Both the position numbers and the translations under genes were made by a program. From Candidatus Hadarchaeales archaeon (GTDB lineage: Archaea > Hadarchaeota > Hadarchaeia > Hadarchaeales > Hadarchaeaceae), in the NCBI GenBank assembly GCA_038872135.1, contig JAVZGN010000003.1:18683-82682 (forward strand): DNA of 64,000 bases, written 5' to 3'. Below, one piece after another: positions 48,528 to 58,539 of this stretch. The notes beneath the pieces were generated by a model that was not told the origin of the DNA, searched no databases, and saw only the letters and a program-made list of their open reading frames with translations. The stretch's first letter is position 1, and every line of letters begins with the position of its first letter.

Positions 48528-48965
48528 TTATGGATTAAGAAAGCTTTCTTTATAGGTCTCCATAGCGATCAGCGTGGTCGTGTTTTTAACCGAATCATGA
48601 GATGAGATGTACTCGTCCAAAAACCTGTTCAGGGAATCGAGATCCCTAGCCCTGAGCTTTATTATAAGAGCATCACCGCCGCTTGTTCTGTGGATTTCGC
48701 ACACCTCATGCTTCCTCGACAGCATGTGGGCAAGCTCTTTTATTGATTTGGGATCCGTTTGAAGTGTGACGAATGCGGTCACCGCATAACCATACTTCTT
48801 TGGGTTAACCAGAACACTGTATTTTATTACCTCATCTTCCTCCAGCTGCTTGATTCTCCGCCTCACCCCCGAGATGCTGAGTCCCACTTCTCTAGCCATT
48901 TTCCGGAGCGGCATTTTTGGATCTTTTACCAAGGACCTCATCAGCTTTAGATCTACGCTGTCCAA
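48528..48965 (-). CDS. Lrp/AsnC-family transcriptional regulator
   Basis: MDSVDLKLM..HTH VRRRIKQLE; C-terminal RAM domain. Confidence 0.93.
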   Translation of the reverse strand: MDSVDLKLMRSLVKDPKMPLRKMAREVGLSISGVRRRIKQLEEDEVIKYSVLVNPKKYGYAVTAFVTLQTDPKSIKELAHMLSRKHEVCEIHRTSGGDALIIKLRARDLDSLNRFLDEYISSHDSVKNTTTLIAMETYKESFLNP

Positions 48966-49072
48966 ACCCCCACCGTCCTCCCTCTAAACTTTCACTTCCC
49001 CTTTTTATCTTTTGCACGTGAGAAAAACTTCGAACATTCATGATTTTAAGCGCGAAAATGGAATCACATCTG

Positions 49073-49162
49073 GGGCCGGTAGTTCAGCGGCATGAACGCC
49101 CGCTTCGCATGGTTGTCCGAAAAAGCGGGAGGTCGCGGGTTCAAATCCCGCCCGGTCCACCA
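49073..49162 (+). tRNA. tRNA-Ala(CGC) with canonical 14-nt intron at 37/38 (49110-49123); CCA encoded
   Basis: Acceptor GGGCCGG/CCGGTCC with G3:U70; CCCGC-TTCGCA[TGGTTGTCCGAAAA]A-GCGGG; BHB with TTCG/CGAA central helix. Confidence 0.95.
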
Positions 49163-49231
49163 TGCTCTCGCTCACCTAACACCGACAATCACTATTTATA
49201 TAACTTCTACGTGGATGGAAACTCGAGAAAG

Positions 49232-50173
49232 ATGGAGCCAATATATGTCGAGGGAGTTTCAAAGAGTTTTGGAAAACTACAAGCACTGAACAATGTGAGC
49301 CTCCGAATAAAAAGGGGAAACTGCGTCGGTCTTCTCGGCCCAAACGGAGCAGGAAAGTCAACTCTTCTGAAGATGATCTGTGGACTCATCCGCCCGTCGA
49401 CGGGAATAGTGCGTCTTCAAGGGCATGACCCATTCTATAGAAGAAAAGAAGCGCTGCAGGGGGTTGGCTGTGTGATAGAAGAGCCAATTGTCTACACTTC
49501 CCTAGATCCCATTACATACCTCAGCTATCTTGGCGAACTGCGGGGAATGAAGAATCCCGATCTCTCCAAGCGGATTGAAGAGGTCCTGGAATTCACCAAT
49601 CTCACCCGTTGGAGCAGGACTAAGATAGGAAAATTTTCCCGAGGGATGCGGCAGAAACTTGTGCTTGCGCAGGCCATACTCCCCGATCCAGAAATTCTCC
49701 TTCTCGACGAGCCGGGCCTAGGCCTTGATCCAGAAACTATAACGAATATACGAGATTATCTCAGGCATGCGAGGAAAGAGGGAAAAACGATCTTCATGGC
49801 TTCTCACATGCTCGAAGAAGTGAAGGAGACCTGCAATCAGGTGGCGCTGCTAAATGCAGGGCACCTCATAAGGTTTGGAGACATCTCGATGCTGGAAAAG
49901 CTCTTCGCAAAGAGCCTCTTGATAGTAACCTTGGAATCACCCACTCCAAGCCAGATAAAAAGAATAGAAAGAATACCCTGGATAGAAGCGATTTCTATCA
50001 CCGGAAAAAAGATCAACGTTAAGCTGGCGGGGGGAGAGAAGAAAAGAGCGGAGCTTCTGAGAATCCTCGTGAAAGACATTGGACTGAAAGTAGTTTCATA
50101 TTACACCTCCATCCCGCCAATAGAAGAAGTGTATCTCAGGCTAGTGAGGGAGGCGCGTGAGAAGGGATATTGA
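49232..50173 (+). CDS. ABC-2-type exporter ATP-binding subunit
   Basis: GPNGAGKST, SRGMRQK, LLLDEP and SH; ATG at 49232 preferred. Confidence 0.93.
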   Translation: MEPIYVEGVSKSFGKLQALNNVSLRIKRGNCVGLLGPNGAGKSTLLKMICGLIRPSTGIVRLQGHDPFYRRKEALQGVGCVIEEPIVYTSLDPITYLSYLGELRGMKNPDLSKRIEEVLEFTNLTRWSRTKIGKFSRGMRQKLVLAQAILPDPEILLLDEPGLGLDPETITNIRDYLRHARKEGKTIFMASHMLEEVKETCNQVALLNAGHLIRFGDISMLEKLFAKSLLIVTLESPTPSQIKRIERIPWIEAISITGKKINVKLAGGEKKRAELLRILVKDIGLKVVSYYTSIPPIEEVYLRLVREAREKGY

Positions 50174-50936
50174 GCAAATGCTCACAGTGGCAAAATATGA
50201 AATAAAGAAATATGTGAAAGGCAGGCGCGTCCTCGCCACAGTGATTTTGATAATTCCAATATCCCTTCTGGCGATATATTTTGTGGCAAACACAAAGCTC
50301 ACCCAGTATGATTTCATCGACGACTACTTCATGATATTGACGCTGATCTCCGCCGTCATAGGCATTCTTTACGGCAGTGATGCGATTTCTTCCGAGTTTG
50401 CGCAAAAGACAGGTTATGTGACGCTCGCCATGCCTGTTGGGCGGGTGTGGATGGGGATGGGAAAATTCCTAGCTGCAGCAGCCCTTGCATCGGTCAGCAT
50501 TGTCATCCCATTTGCCATGGGAGTTGTGTACATGGTAGCGGTGTACGGGAGCCTTCCATCGGGACTACTGCTCTCGCTGGGGCACCTGATTCTTTATGGA
50601 CTGGCAACAATGTCCGCAGCGTTTGCCATAAGTGCAGCTTTCAGCGGGGAGGTTCTCCCTGTAATCATCTCCTATTTTGTTTTCATAATCATAATGCCGT
50701 ACATTGAAGCGCTTATCCTGGCTTGGGCAATTGAGCCATGGTTCTTCCTGACATTTGCAAGAAAACTTGTGCCATACTTTTCAATGAGTCCTCCACCACC
50801 CCGGAGAGTCTTCACTACCGCCGGCGTGACGTATTCCTATCCTCGTCCTTCTGTGGGAGTGGCCGTGACAATTGTGTATTTGGTGGTGGGTCTCGCCATA
50901 GCTGTTTACCTTTTCTGGCGAAAGGAAATGAAATAG
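50157..50936 (+). CDS. ABC-2-type exporter permease
   Basis: Six TM segments; SDAISSEFAQKTG..LAMPVGR...GKF pattern. Confidence 0.88.
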   Translation: MRRDIEQMLTVAKYEIKKYVKGRRVLATVILIIPISLLAIYFVANTKLTQYDFIDDYFMILTLISAVIGILYGSDAISSEFAQKTGYVTLAMPVGRVWMGMGKFLAAAALASVSIVIPFAMGVVYMVAVYGSLPSGLLLSLGHLILYGLATMSAAFAISAAFSGEVLPVIISYFVFIIIMPYIEALILAWAIEPWFFLTFARKLVPYFSMSPPPPRRVFTTAGVTYSYPRPSVGVAVTIVYLVVGLAIAVYLFWRKEMK

Positions 50937-51557
50937 CTATTTTCTTCCCATGCACATTTTGAGAAAGAACTCATGGACTCCTGTGTCGCCGGCTAGCTCG
51001 GGGTGGAATGAGAGAGCGAGAATGTTGTTCTGAATCGCTCCAACCGTCCTTCCCTGAAAAAATGCCACTGGCTTTGCCCCTCCCCACAGGCTCCTGATGG
51101 CCGGTGCTCTTATGAAAACCCCTCTAAATCTTGGAATTCCTATGCTTGAGAGATCAAGATCTGCTTCAAATGATTCCCTCTGCCTCCCAAAAGCATTTCT
51201 CTGAACCTCGATGTCCATGAGGCCGAGGAGAGGCTGCTTTGTCCTCTCGACTTGGATGTCGCCCTTCTTCGCGAGCAGAATGAGTCCAGCGCATGTGCCG
51301 AGGATTGGAACCCCCTCCTTCCCCATCTCCTTCACTATGTCGAAAAGACCGGTTCTAACCATGAGCTTACCTATTGTCGTGCTTTCTCCTCCAGGGATGA
51401 TTATCCCGTCGCAATCTTTCAGAGTTTTTGGGGAATCTATCCAGAGGGCTTCTCCAGAGATTCCTAAAGATTTCATTGCTTGGGCCGTTGCTTCAAGATG
51501 CTCGGTGACTGCTCCCTGCAATCCTATGACCCCTACTCTCATTTGCATGTCTTTCAA
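50937..51557 (-). CDS. pdxT: Pyridoxal 5'-phosphate synthase glutaminase subunit
   Basis: LQGAVTEH, PGGESTT, GTCAG, RNAFGRQ, FIRAP and FHPEL. Confidence 0.95.
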   Translation of the reverse strand: MKDMQMRVGVIGLQGAVTEHLEATAQAMKSLGISGEALWIDSPKTLKDCDGIIIPGGESTTIGKLMVRTGLFDIVKEMGKEGVPILGTCAGLILLAKKGDIQVERTKQPLLGLMDIEVQRNAFGRQRESFEADLDLSSIGIPRFRGVFIRAPAIRSLWGGAKPVAFFQGRTVGAIQNNILALSFHPELAGDTGVHEFFLKMCMGRK

Positions 51558-51686
51558 GAACTGTAAAAAACCAGAATTTTAACGCTTTTGCTGACCCCAC
51601 GCTGTCCATCCTGTGTTTAATTTTGAAATGTCTAGGAGAAATATCAGATTTTTATACATCAGAGGTGCTGTTAGAGTGAGAGTTCA

Positions 51687-52742
51687 ATGAAAGCACTTGT
51701 GCTGAGTGGAGGAAAGGGGACAAGACTGAGACCATTGACTTTTACATTGGCCAAGCAACTCATTCCCGTCGCCAACAAGCCCGTTTTGGGATATGTCCTA
51801 GACCAAGTAGCCAAAACAGGAATAAAAGAGGTAGGTGTTGTGATCGCCCCCGAAACCGGCGAATATGTGAAAAAGTATGTCGGAGATGGTTCCCAATGGG
51901 GCATAAATGTTACTTATATCCTTCAAGAGCCACTGGGGCTTGCCCACGCCGTAACAGTTGCAAAGGATTTCTTAGGTGACGATGATTTTGTAATGTGTTT
52001 AGGCGACAATCTTTTAGAGTCTGATATAACAGATTTCATAAACACTTTCAAGCGGGAAAATCTAGACGCATTAATTTTTGTGAAGGAAGTCGAAGATCCA
52101 ACCAAGTATGGGGTGGTGATTTTCGACGAGAAAGGGAATATCGTTAAATTGATAGAAAAACCAAAAGTTCCTCCCACTAACTTAGCACTGGTTGGTCTCT
52201 ACATTTTTTCAAACAAGATTCATCATGCGATTAAGAGGATTAGGCCCTCATGGAGGGGGGAGCTTGAGATAACCGACACCATTCAAGAAATGATAAATTT
52301 GGGTTTTAGGGTGAAGGCTACACACCTTCAGGGATGGTGGCTAGACACAGGTAAAAAGGACGATGTGTTGACCGCAAACGCAAAAATTTTAGACAAGTAT
52401 GGGGAAAGAGATATCAAGGGGGAGATAAAAAATTGCAAGATTGAGGGAAGAGTAAAAATATCTCCGGGCAGCGTTTTAACAGATTGTACTGTAAGGGGAC
52501 CAGTTCTGATAGGGAAGGATTGCCGTATAGAAAACTCTTTCATTGGCCCATATACAAGCATTGGAGATGGGGCGAGAATAATAAACAGCTCAATTGAATA
52601 TTGTGTGATTCTCGAAAATGCGCAGATACAAGATGTAAGGGGACTTGAGGAGAGTCTCATAGGTAGAAATGCTAAGGTAACAAAAACCCAACGAGGAAAT
52701 GTGCGACTACATGTGGGAGACTACTCAGAGGTCGAGATATGA
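51687..52742 (+). CDS. rfbA: Glucose-1-phosphate thymidylyltransferase (long form)
   Basis: LSGGKGTRLRPLT, KQLIPVANKP, RGELEITD and WLDTG; hexapeptide tail. Confidence 0.92.
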   Translation: MKALVLSGGKGTRLRPLTFTLAKQLIPVANKPVLGYVLDQVAKTGIKEVGVVIAPETGEYVKKYVGDGSQWGINVTYILQEPLGLAHAVTVAKDFLGDDDFVMCLGDNLLESDITDFINTFKRENLDALIFVKEVEDPTKYGVVIFDEKGNIVKLIEKPKVPPTNLALVGLYIFSNKIHHAIKRIRPSWRGELEITDTIQEMINLGFRVKATHLQGWWLDTGKKDDVLTANAKILDKYGERDIKGEIKNCKIEGRVKISPGSVLTDCTVRGPVLIGKDCRIENSFIGPYTSIGDGARIINSSIEYCVILENAQIQDVRGLEESLIGRNAKVTKTQRGNVRLHVGDYSEVEI

Positions 52743-53620
52743 GGATTTTGGTAACCGGAGACACGGGATTCATAGGAAGTCACATGAAAGAGTTCCTTCT
52801 TCGAAAAGGCATTGAAGTCAAGGGATACTCTAGAAGAGGGGGTTTCGATGTTTTGAATCGGAAACAACTACAAGACGCTGCAAAAGGTTGCGATTTTATA
52901 TATCACTTCGCTGCGGAAGCGAAACCAGGTCCCAGCGTCTTAAGGCCCGTTCATACCATCATGGTTAATCTCAGGGGATCGCTAAATGTTCTAGAGGTGT
53001 GCAAAGAGCATGGCATCTCCTTAGTTTATCCAAGCAGTTGTGAGATTTATGGAGACTCGAAGCAACCGATAACAGAAGATCATCCACTTTTTCCACCTAA
53101 CCCTTATGCGGCATCTAAGGCAGCGATTGACCGTTTATGCTACATGTATTACAAATGCTATGGCGTTGACGTTAAAATTGTTAGGCTGTTTAATCCGTAT
53201 GGTCCCAGACAACAGTTAAACAAAATAATTCCAACTTTTTACTTTTCTGCCATAAAAAACAAGCCCCTTACCGTTTATGGGGATGGGACGGACATGAGAG
53301 ACTTTGTTTACGTGGGGGATATCATTAGAGGATTGTGGAAGGCCAGAAAGCTGCCCCCTGGTGAGGCAGTGAATATCGCTACAGGAAAAGGGACCACAAA
53401 TTTGGAGGTAGCAAAGTTGATTTTGAAAATGGTGAAGAGCGACGCTGAAATCCGATTTGTAGACTATCCAAAGGCCTTTGGAGGTATTAGGTGGCAGATC
53501 GGATCCAATAAAAAAGCGAGGGAATTGATTGGCTGGAAGCCGCGTGTAAAACTGGAAGATGGAATAAAATTAACGATTAAGTGGCTTGAAACCCTCTCTG
53601 GAGGTAGGGAGGTTGGATGA
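52739..53620 (+). CDS. NAD-dependent epimerase/dehydratase (extended SDR)
   Basis: TGDTGFIG, YAASK, FNPYGP and RDFVYV. Confidence 0.9.
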   Translation: MRILVTGDTGFIGSHMKEFLLRKGIEVKGYSRRGGFDVLNRKQLQDAAKGCDFIYHFAAEAKPGPSVLRPVHTIMVNLRGSLNVLEVCKEHGISLVYPSSCEIYGDSKQPITEDHPLFPPNPYAASKAAIDRLCYMYYKCYGVDVKIVRLFNPYGPRQQLNKIIPTFYFSAIKNKPLTVYGDGTDMRDFVYVGDIIRGLWKARKLPPGEAVNIATGKGTTNLEVAKLILKMVKSDAEIRFVDYPKAFGGIRWQIGSNKKARELIGWKPRVKLEDGIKLTIKWLETLSGGREVG

Positions 53621-54920
53621 AAGGTCTGGAAACGAACAGAAGTTTCATAAGCTTGAAGAAGAACTCCATAAGCTAGCTCAAGAGTTTTTGAAAGAAGAAA
53701 AGTTCGTACCCGGCAAAACCGTTATTCATTACGCATGGGCAGTATATAATTTGAAAGAAGTCTTGGCGGTTCTTAAGTCGCTTGCTTCAAGGCGTCTTGG
53801 CCTCGGAAAATCAGGATTGGAATTTGAACGGAGATTTTCTAAATTTCTAAATATCCGGCACGCGGTGTTGACTAACAGTGGATCTTCGGCCAATTTACTT
53901 GCTGTCGAAGCGCTTAAACTTCCAAAGGGATGCGAGGCAATAACCCCGGCAGTAACTTTCCCAACCACATTGAATCCGTTGATTCTAAAGGGTATACGTC
54001 CAGTCTTTGTCGATGTGCATCTCCCAACTTACAATGTTAATCCAGAAGACATAGAGGCGGCAGTCTCGAAAAAAACCAAATTAATTATGCTCCCCCACAC
54101 ATTGGGAAATCCAAATGAAATGGACGCGATAATGGACATAGCAGAAGCGTATGAGCTTTATGTGATTGAAGATGCATGCGACGCGCTAGGCTCAAAATAC
54201 AAGGGAAAATACCTTTCGACTTTCGGGGACCTTGGAACTTTCAGTTTTTACGCAGCCCATCATATGACGATGGGCGAGGGCGGGGCAGTTGTAACAGACA
54301 ACGAAGAACTGAGTTTAACCGTGAGATCTCTTAGAGACTGGGGAAGAGCGTGTGTGTGCCCTGTGTGTGTCATCGCACTAGATCCCGATGCCTACTGTCC
54401 TCTCAGATTCACTAAAAGTCCTATCCCCGATTATGACAAGAGATACACCTACATCACAATTGGCTATAATTTGAAGCCATTAGAGCTACAAGCGGCATTT
54501 GGCTTAGAACAACTGAAAAAGCTTCCACGGTTTATTAAATGTAGAAAAAAGAATTTCAAAGTAATGTATGAGGCAATGCAGGATTACGAAAATTATTTCA
54601 TTTTACCAGAATCCCCTCCGAAAGCCGACCCTTGCTGGTTCGCGTTTCCGATAACGGTAAGAGAAGAGGCACCATTTGGGAGAAAGGAAATAGTAGAATT
54701 TTTGGAGAAACACAAGGTGATGACGAGGCCATTATTTGCTGGTAATATTCTAAAACAGCCAGCTTATTCCAACATCGATTGTAGAATTTCGGGAAAGCTT
54801 GAAAACAGTGACAGGATAATGAAATCGTCGTTTTTTGTAGGAATTCATCCTGGCATAAAAGAACCTCAACTAAATTACATGCTTGAGACTTTTGAAAAGT
54901 TTATTCGGGAGTATGGGTAA
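53613..54920 (+). CDS. rfbH: RfbH/E1-type PMP- and [2Fe-2S]-dependent NDP-4-keto-6-deoxyhexose 3-dehydratase
   Basis: NSGSSANL, HTLGNP, EDACDALG, SFYAAHH (His at the Lys position) and DWGRACVCPVC...C cysteine cluster; TTG at 53613 after GGAGG. Confidence 0.82.
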   Translation: MDERSGNEQKFHKLEEELHKLAQEFLKEEKFVPGKTVIHYAWAVYNLKEVLAVLKSLASRRLGLGKSGLEFERRFSKFLNIRHAVLTNSGSSANLLAVEALKLPKGCEAITPAVTFPTTLNPLILKGIRPVFVDVHLPTYNVNPEDIEAAVSKKTKLIMLPHTLGNPNEMDAIMDIAEAYELYVIEDACDALGSKYKGKYLSTFGDLGTFSFYAAHHMTMGEGGAVVTDNEELSLTVRSLRDWGRACVCPVCVIALDPDAYCPLRFTKSPIPDYDKRYTYITIGYNLKPLELQAAFGLEQLKKLPRFIKCRKKNFKVMYEAMQDYENYFILPESPPKADPCWFAFPITVREEAPFGRKEIVEFLEKHKVMTRPLFAGNILKQPAYSNIDCRISGKLENSDRIMKSSFFVGIHPGIKEPQLNYMLETFEKFIREYG

Positions 54921-54935
54921 GAGTGTACAGGAGGA

Positions 54936-55940
54936 TTGTGGATGAGAGTAATGGTCACTGGAGGCGCTGGATTTATCGGCAGTAATCTCGTGAGATTTCT
55001 GATTTCAAAGCATGCAGATTGGGAGATCCTGACTGTTGATAAACTGGGAGTAGGTTCTAGTCTCGCTAGTTTGAAAGATTTGGACGAAAAAAGGCATAGA
55101 TTCGTTAGAGGAGATCTTTCCGACTTTAAATTTGTAAACGAAGTTGTCAGAGATGTAGACGCAATTCTACACTTAGCAGCAGAATCCCATGTTGATAGAA
55201 GCATTTCTAATCCATCTCCTTTCGTTTATAGCAACACGGTAGGCACTTTCAATCTATTGGAAGCTGTGAGAAGAAGGGGAGAGAATACAAAGATCATTCA
55301 TGTTTCCACAGATGAAGTTTATGGAGAGAAGAACACCGGCTCATCAAGTGAAGAGGATCCGCTTAAACCATCAAGCATGTATGCTGCATCTAAAGCCGCA
55401 GCAGACCTCTTCTGCGAAGCTTATCACAGAACTTACGGGCTAAAAATAATTATAACTAGGTCCACAAACAATTTTGGACCATATCAATTCCCAGAAAAGC
55501 TCATACCAAAGACGATAATTCGGGCTTTAATGAATCTACAAATACCAATTTACGGCTCAGGAGAGAATATAAGAGACTGGATTTATGTGCAGGACCACTG
55601 CGAAGCTTTAGACCTCATACTTCAAAGGGGAAAATGTGGAGAAATCTACAACATCTCCACTGGAGAGGAGCACGAGAATTTAGAAGTTGTCAAAAAAGTG
55701 CTTCACATCTTGAACAAGCCTGGGGAGTTGATCACATTCGTTGAGGACAGGCCGGGTCACGATAGTCGCTATAGCCTTAATTCATCCAAATTGAGAAATG
55801 AACTCGGATGGTCTCCAAAATACAATTTTGATGAGGCCCTTGAGATCACCGTCAGATGGTATCAAGAAAACAAATGGTGGTGGGGCCCTCTAGTCAGCGA
55901 AGAAGTGATTCATCCCACTCCTTGGAAAATTAAGTGGTGA
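54936..55940 (+). CDS. rfbB: dTDP-glucose 4,6-dehydratase
   Basis: TGGAGFIG, AAESHVDRSI, STDEVYG, YAASK, PEKLIP and DRPGHD. Confidence 0.95.
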   Translation: MWMRVMVTGGAGFIGSNLVRFLISKHADWEILTVDKLGVGSSLASLKDLDEKRHRFVRGDLSDFKFVNEVVRDVDAILHLAAESHVDRSISNPSPFVYSNTVGTFNLLEAVRRRGENTKIIHVSTDEVYGEKNTGSSSEEDPLKPSSMYAASKAAADLFCEAYHRTYGLKIIITRSTNNFGPYQFPEKLIPKTIIRALMNLQIPIYGSGENIRDWIYVQDHCEALDLILQRGKCGEIYNISTGEEHENLEVVKKVLHILNKPGELITFVEDRPGHDSRYSLNSSKLRNELGWSPKYNFDEALEITVRWYQENKWWWGPLVSEEVIHPTPWKIKW

Positions 55941-56274
55941 CTGCGCACTCCTGTGGAATTGGGTAAAGTGGCTAACAGTCCTCATCAATTTGCAGCACAC
56001 TCCAAGAGAACATCAGAAGAATCATTTGTACATGCGCACACATGTCGATGGCTCATGTAGAGGATGAAAGATGCGAGAAACACTATTTAATGCACCAATT
56101 GAGAAAATCGATCGCACGAGCACCTAGGGCGAAAAACATATCTCAAGGGATTCATATGGTGATTAAAAAGATTACAGAACTCACGAGGATTGACATGCCT
56201 TCAGGGGGGATGTGGAAAGTGCACGGGCGGAAAGTAATAAATGGCGGATAATCTAAAGGTATGTTGGTGATGCC

Positions 56275-57021
56275 TTGAAAAAGCGACAAAAGAGGATTTT
56301 CGTGGTGATCCCACTTTACAAGGGAGGAAAGACCCTCCCAAATGTTGTTGAGAGAATTCCAAAGGAGATTCCAACGAAGATATTAATTGTGGATGACGGA
56401 AGCCCCGACAACAGCTATGAAGTTGCGAAAAGCATTGCTTCGAAAAATCCCAAAATCATTGTTTTCAAACATGAAAAGAACAGGGGGTATGGGGGAGCGC
56501 AAAAGACTCTTTTCAATGAAGCGCTGAAAAGAGGCGCGGACATCGTAGTATTGCTCCACCAAGATGGGCAGTATGCACCTGAGGATATGCCCCGGCTCAT
56601 TTCCCCCGTGCTTGAAGATGAGACAATAGATATCGTGCTAGGATCAAGAACGAAAATGCTAGAGGGTGGGATGCCTCCAATAAAGTTCATTGGAAATAAA
56701 ATAATTACATTTTTGCAGAATTTGGCGTTAAACACTAGATTTAAGGAGTTTCACACTGGTTACAGAGTTTACACCGCTAACGCCTTGAGACGTCTCGACT
56801 ATGAGGCGTGCACAAACGATCTTCACTTCGATACAGAGATACTGGTAGATGCCGTGCGCAAAAAGCTCAGAGTTGTAGAAGTTCCCATAAAAACTTATTA
56901 CGGAAAGGAAGTCACCCAAACGCAAAAGATAGTGACTTATGGACTAAACTGTCTAAAGGCAACATGGATGTATCGGCTGGAAATCTTACTCTCCAAATTT
57001 AGTTTTCGCGATTTCCTCTGA
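56275..57021 (+). CDS. Glycosyltransferase family 2
   Basis: VDDGSPD, NRGYGGA, HQDGQY, GSR and HTGYRVY. Confidence 0.9.
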   Translation: MKKRQKRIFVVIPLYKGGKTLPNVVERIPKEIPTKILIVDDGSPDNSYEVAKSIASKNPKIIVFKHEKNRGYGGAQKTLFNEALKRGADIVVLLHQDGQYAPEDMPRLISPVLEDETIDIVLGSRTKMLEGGMPPIKFIGNKIITFLQNLALNTRFKEFHTGYRVYTANALRRLDYEACTNDLHFDTEILVDAVRKKLRVVEVPIKTYYGKEVTQTQKIVTYGLNCLKATWMYRLEILLSKFSFRDFL

Positions 57022-57110
57022 AGTCCTGGCCAAGCACCAAGAACATCACAATTTTCATCGCCATTTACGGGAGACTACACATTATTAACAACATTTCTCA
57101 CAGGAACCAG

Positions 57111-58304
57111 CTATGTGACGATAGATTCATACCGCTCCATAATGGGAAAATCTAGGTAGCTCAGCCATATGGCGGCGAGTGAAAAGAGCAGCGCCAAACC
57201 CAACATTGTGAATCTAAGTTTTTTGTTTTTTATCTGCAACAATCCAATTGACATGATTGTGATATACGCTGGATAAACTACTGAGAAATACCTAGGAAGG
57301 AAGTATGCTACACTCAAAAAGTTCCCTATCGTAAGCATGAACACATACCCGAAGAAGGACCCAAGCAAGATAAAAAGATCTCTGTTTTCTGGTTTTTTTA
57401 GCCTGAAAATGAATTTGTGTTTTTTTAGTCCCATCAGAAGTTTGGCTAGCATTATCGTGTAAAGAAAGTAGAGAGAAATTGCAACATACAACACTCCTGG
57501 ACCCCTCTCGGTAACTTTGCCCATCCCGTGAGAAGGGTAGAACATTCCGGCAGTCCAAACGATGCGGAGTGGTTCAACACGGGGCCGTGCGAGGGCCCAC
57601 GAGTACTCTTGATTTTCGGTACGTGAAAGTGCGTTCATGAATTGTTGAATGGCTAAGTTTAACGTCGGTAGGAAAATAATAAAAGCAACAAGAGAGGGCA
57701 CGAGAACACAACGCATTTTTTGCTTCCCTTCTGTTAAGTACAAGATAAGCAGGAGCTGTGGGATGATTATCAAAAGAGTATAATAGTGGATGTTCATTCC
57801 TATTCCCCACACCGCTCCGAGTAAAACTAAACTAAGTGTGTCCTTCTTCTCATAGAATCTCATCAAAAAAAGAATAGAGCCGGTGGTCGCTGCAGAAACC
57901 ATTGTGTAGGGACTAATTCGGACAGAAAAGCTTATAAAATAAAAGCTGGTTGAGGCGAGAAGTAGCGCGATCTTCTCCGATTTAAATCTCTTTGCCAGTT
58001 TGTAGGTTAAAAACAAGTTGAGGAGTCCGATCGGTATGAAGACCAAGCGCGTGCGTGCTACCGAATCTCCCACCAAGTGATAGACCCAGTTGGAAAACTT
58101 GTATATAAAGGGCGGGTGGACGTCTGCCAACATTATTTTCGCGAACTCTTCTTCATTTTCCGCCCAGAAGAGGCGGTATGGTTCGTCGTGAAGAATCGGA
58201 GCATCAAAAAGGAACAGAAGCTGAAGCAAGAAGGCGAAAACTAGCATCGACAAAAGAAACATGTTCTGATTCAAAAGCTTTTTAGTGAGGATTTTTTTCG
58301 ACAT
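57111..58304 (-). CDS. Multi-TM GT-C-fold glycosyltransferase (PMT/ArnT-like)
   Basis: HDE loop motif, DVHPP, RISPY, IHYY and PRY; about 10 TM helices. Confidence 0.75.
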   Translation of the reverse strand: MSKKILTKKLLNQNMFLLSMLVFAFLLQLLFLFDAPILHDEPYRLFWAENEEEFAKIMLADVHPPFIYKFSNWVYHLVGDSVARTRLVFIPIGLLNLFLTYKLAKRFKSEKIALLLASTSFYFISFSVRISPYTMVSAATTGSILFLMRFYEKKDTLSLVLLGAVWGIGMNIHYYTLLIIIPQLLLILYLTEGKQKMRCVLVPSLVAFIIFLPTLNLAIQQFMNALSRTENQEYSWALARPRVEPLRIVWTAGMFYPSHGMGKVTERGPGVLYVAISLYFLYTIMLAKLLMGLKKHKFIFRLKKPENRDLFILLGSFFGYVFMLTIGNFLSVAYFLPRYFSVVYPAYITIMSIGLLQIKNKKLRFTMLGLALLFSLAAIWLSYLDFPIMERYESIVT

Positions 58305-58539
58305 CTAAAACTACTTGAAAAGTCTGTTTTTAATACATTCTCAGCTTCCGGCCGCACGAACGAAAGGCCAGATAGCCCACTCATTTGGAGCGCATGCCAA
58401 TTACGATTCTCCCTGCCGGTGAAGCAGCTGGGAACAAACAGGTCGTCTGCCCATTAAGCCCGCAAACACGGCTAGGGACCACCCAATGTCGGCGAGATCA
58501 TGAACACCCATATCTCTGAGAATTTCAGAGTAGTCCATC

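Noticed and set aside
49073-50936. Integrated element at tRNA-Ala (ABC exporter directly downstream)
   Set aside because: No integrase, no repeat of the tRNA 3' end elsewhere in the window, and pdxT follows immediately.
50937-51557. pdxT without adjacent pdxS
   Set aside because: Separation of pdxS and pdxT is not unusual, and pdxS may lie outside the window.
55941-56274. 334-nt spacer in the glycosylation cluster, with a 69-aa ORF
   Set aside because: No recognisable motif or RBS. It may be a decayed gene, but no family can be supported.
58305-58539. Spacer with a short broken ORF (MDYSEILRDMG...) and an inverted repeat CTCTGA-gaatt-TCAGAG
   Set aside because: In-frame stop and no recognisable homology; the hairpin is too weak to call a terminator or element end.
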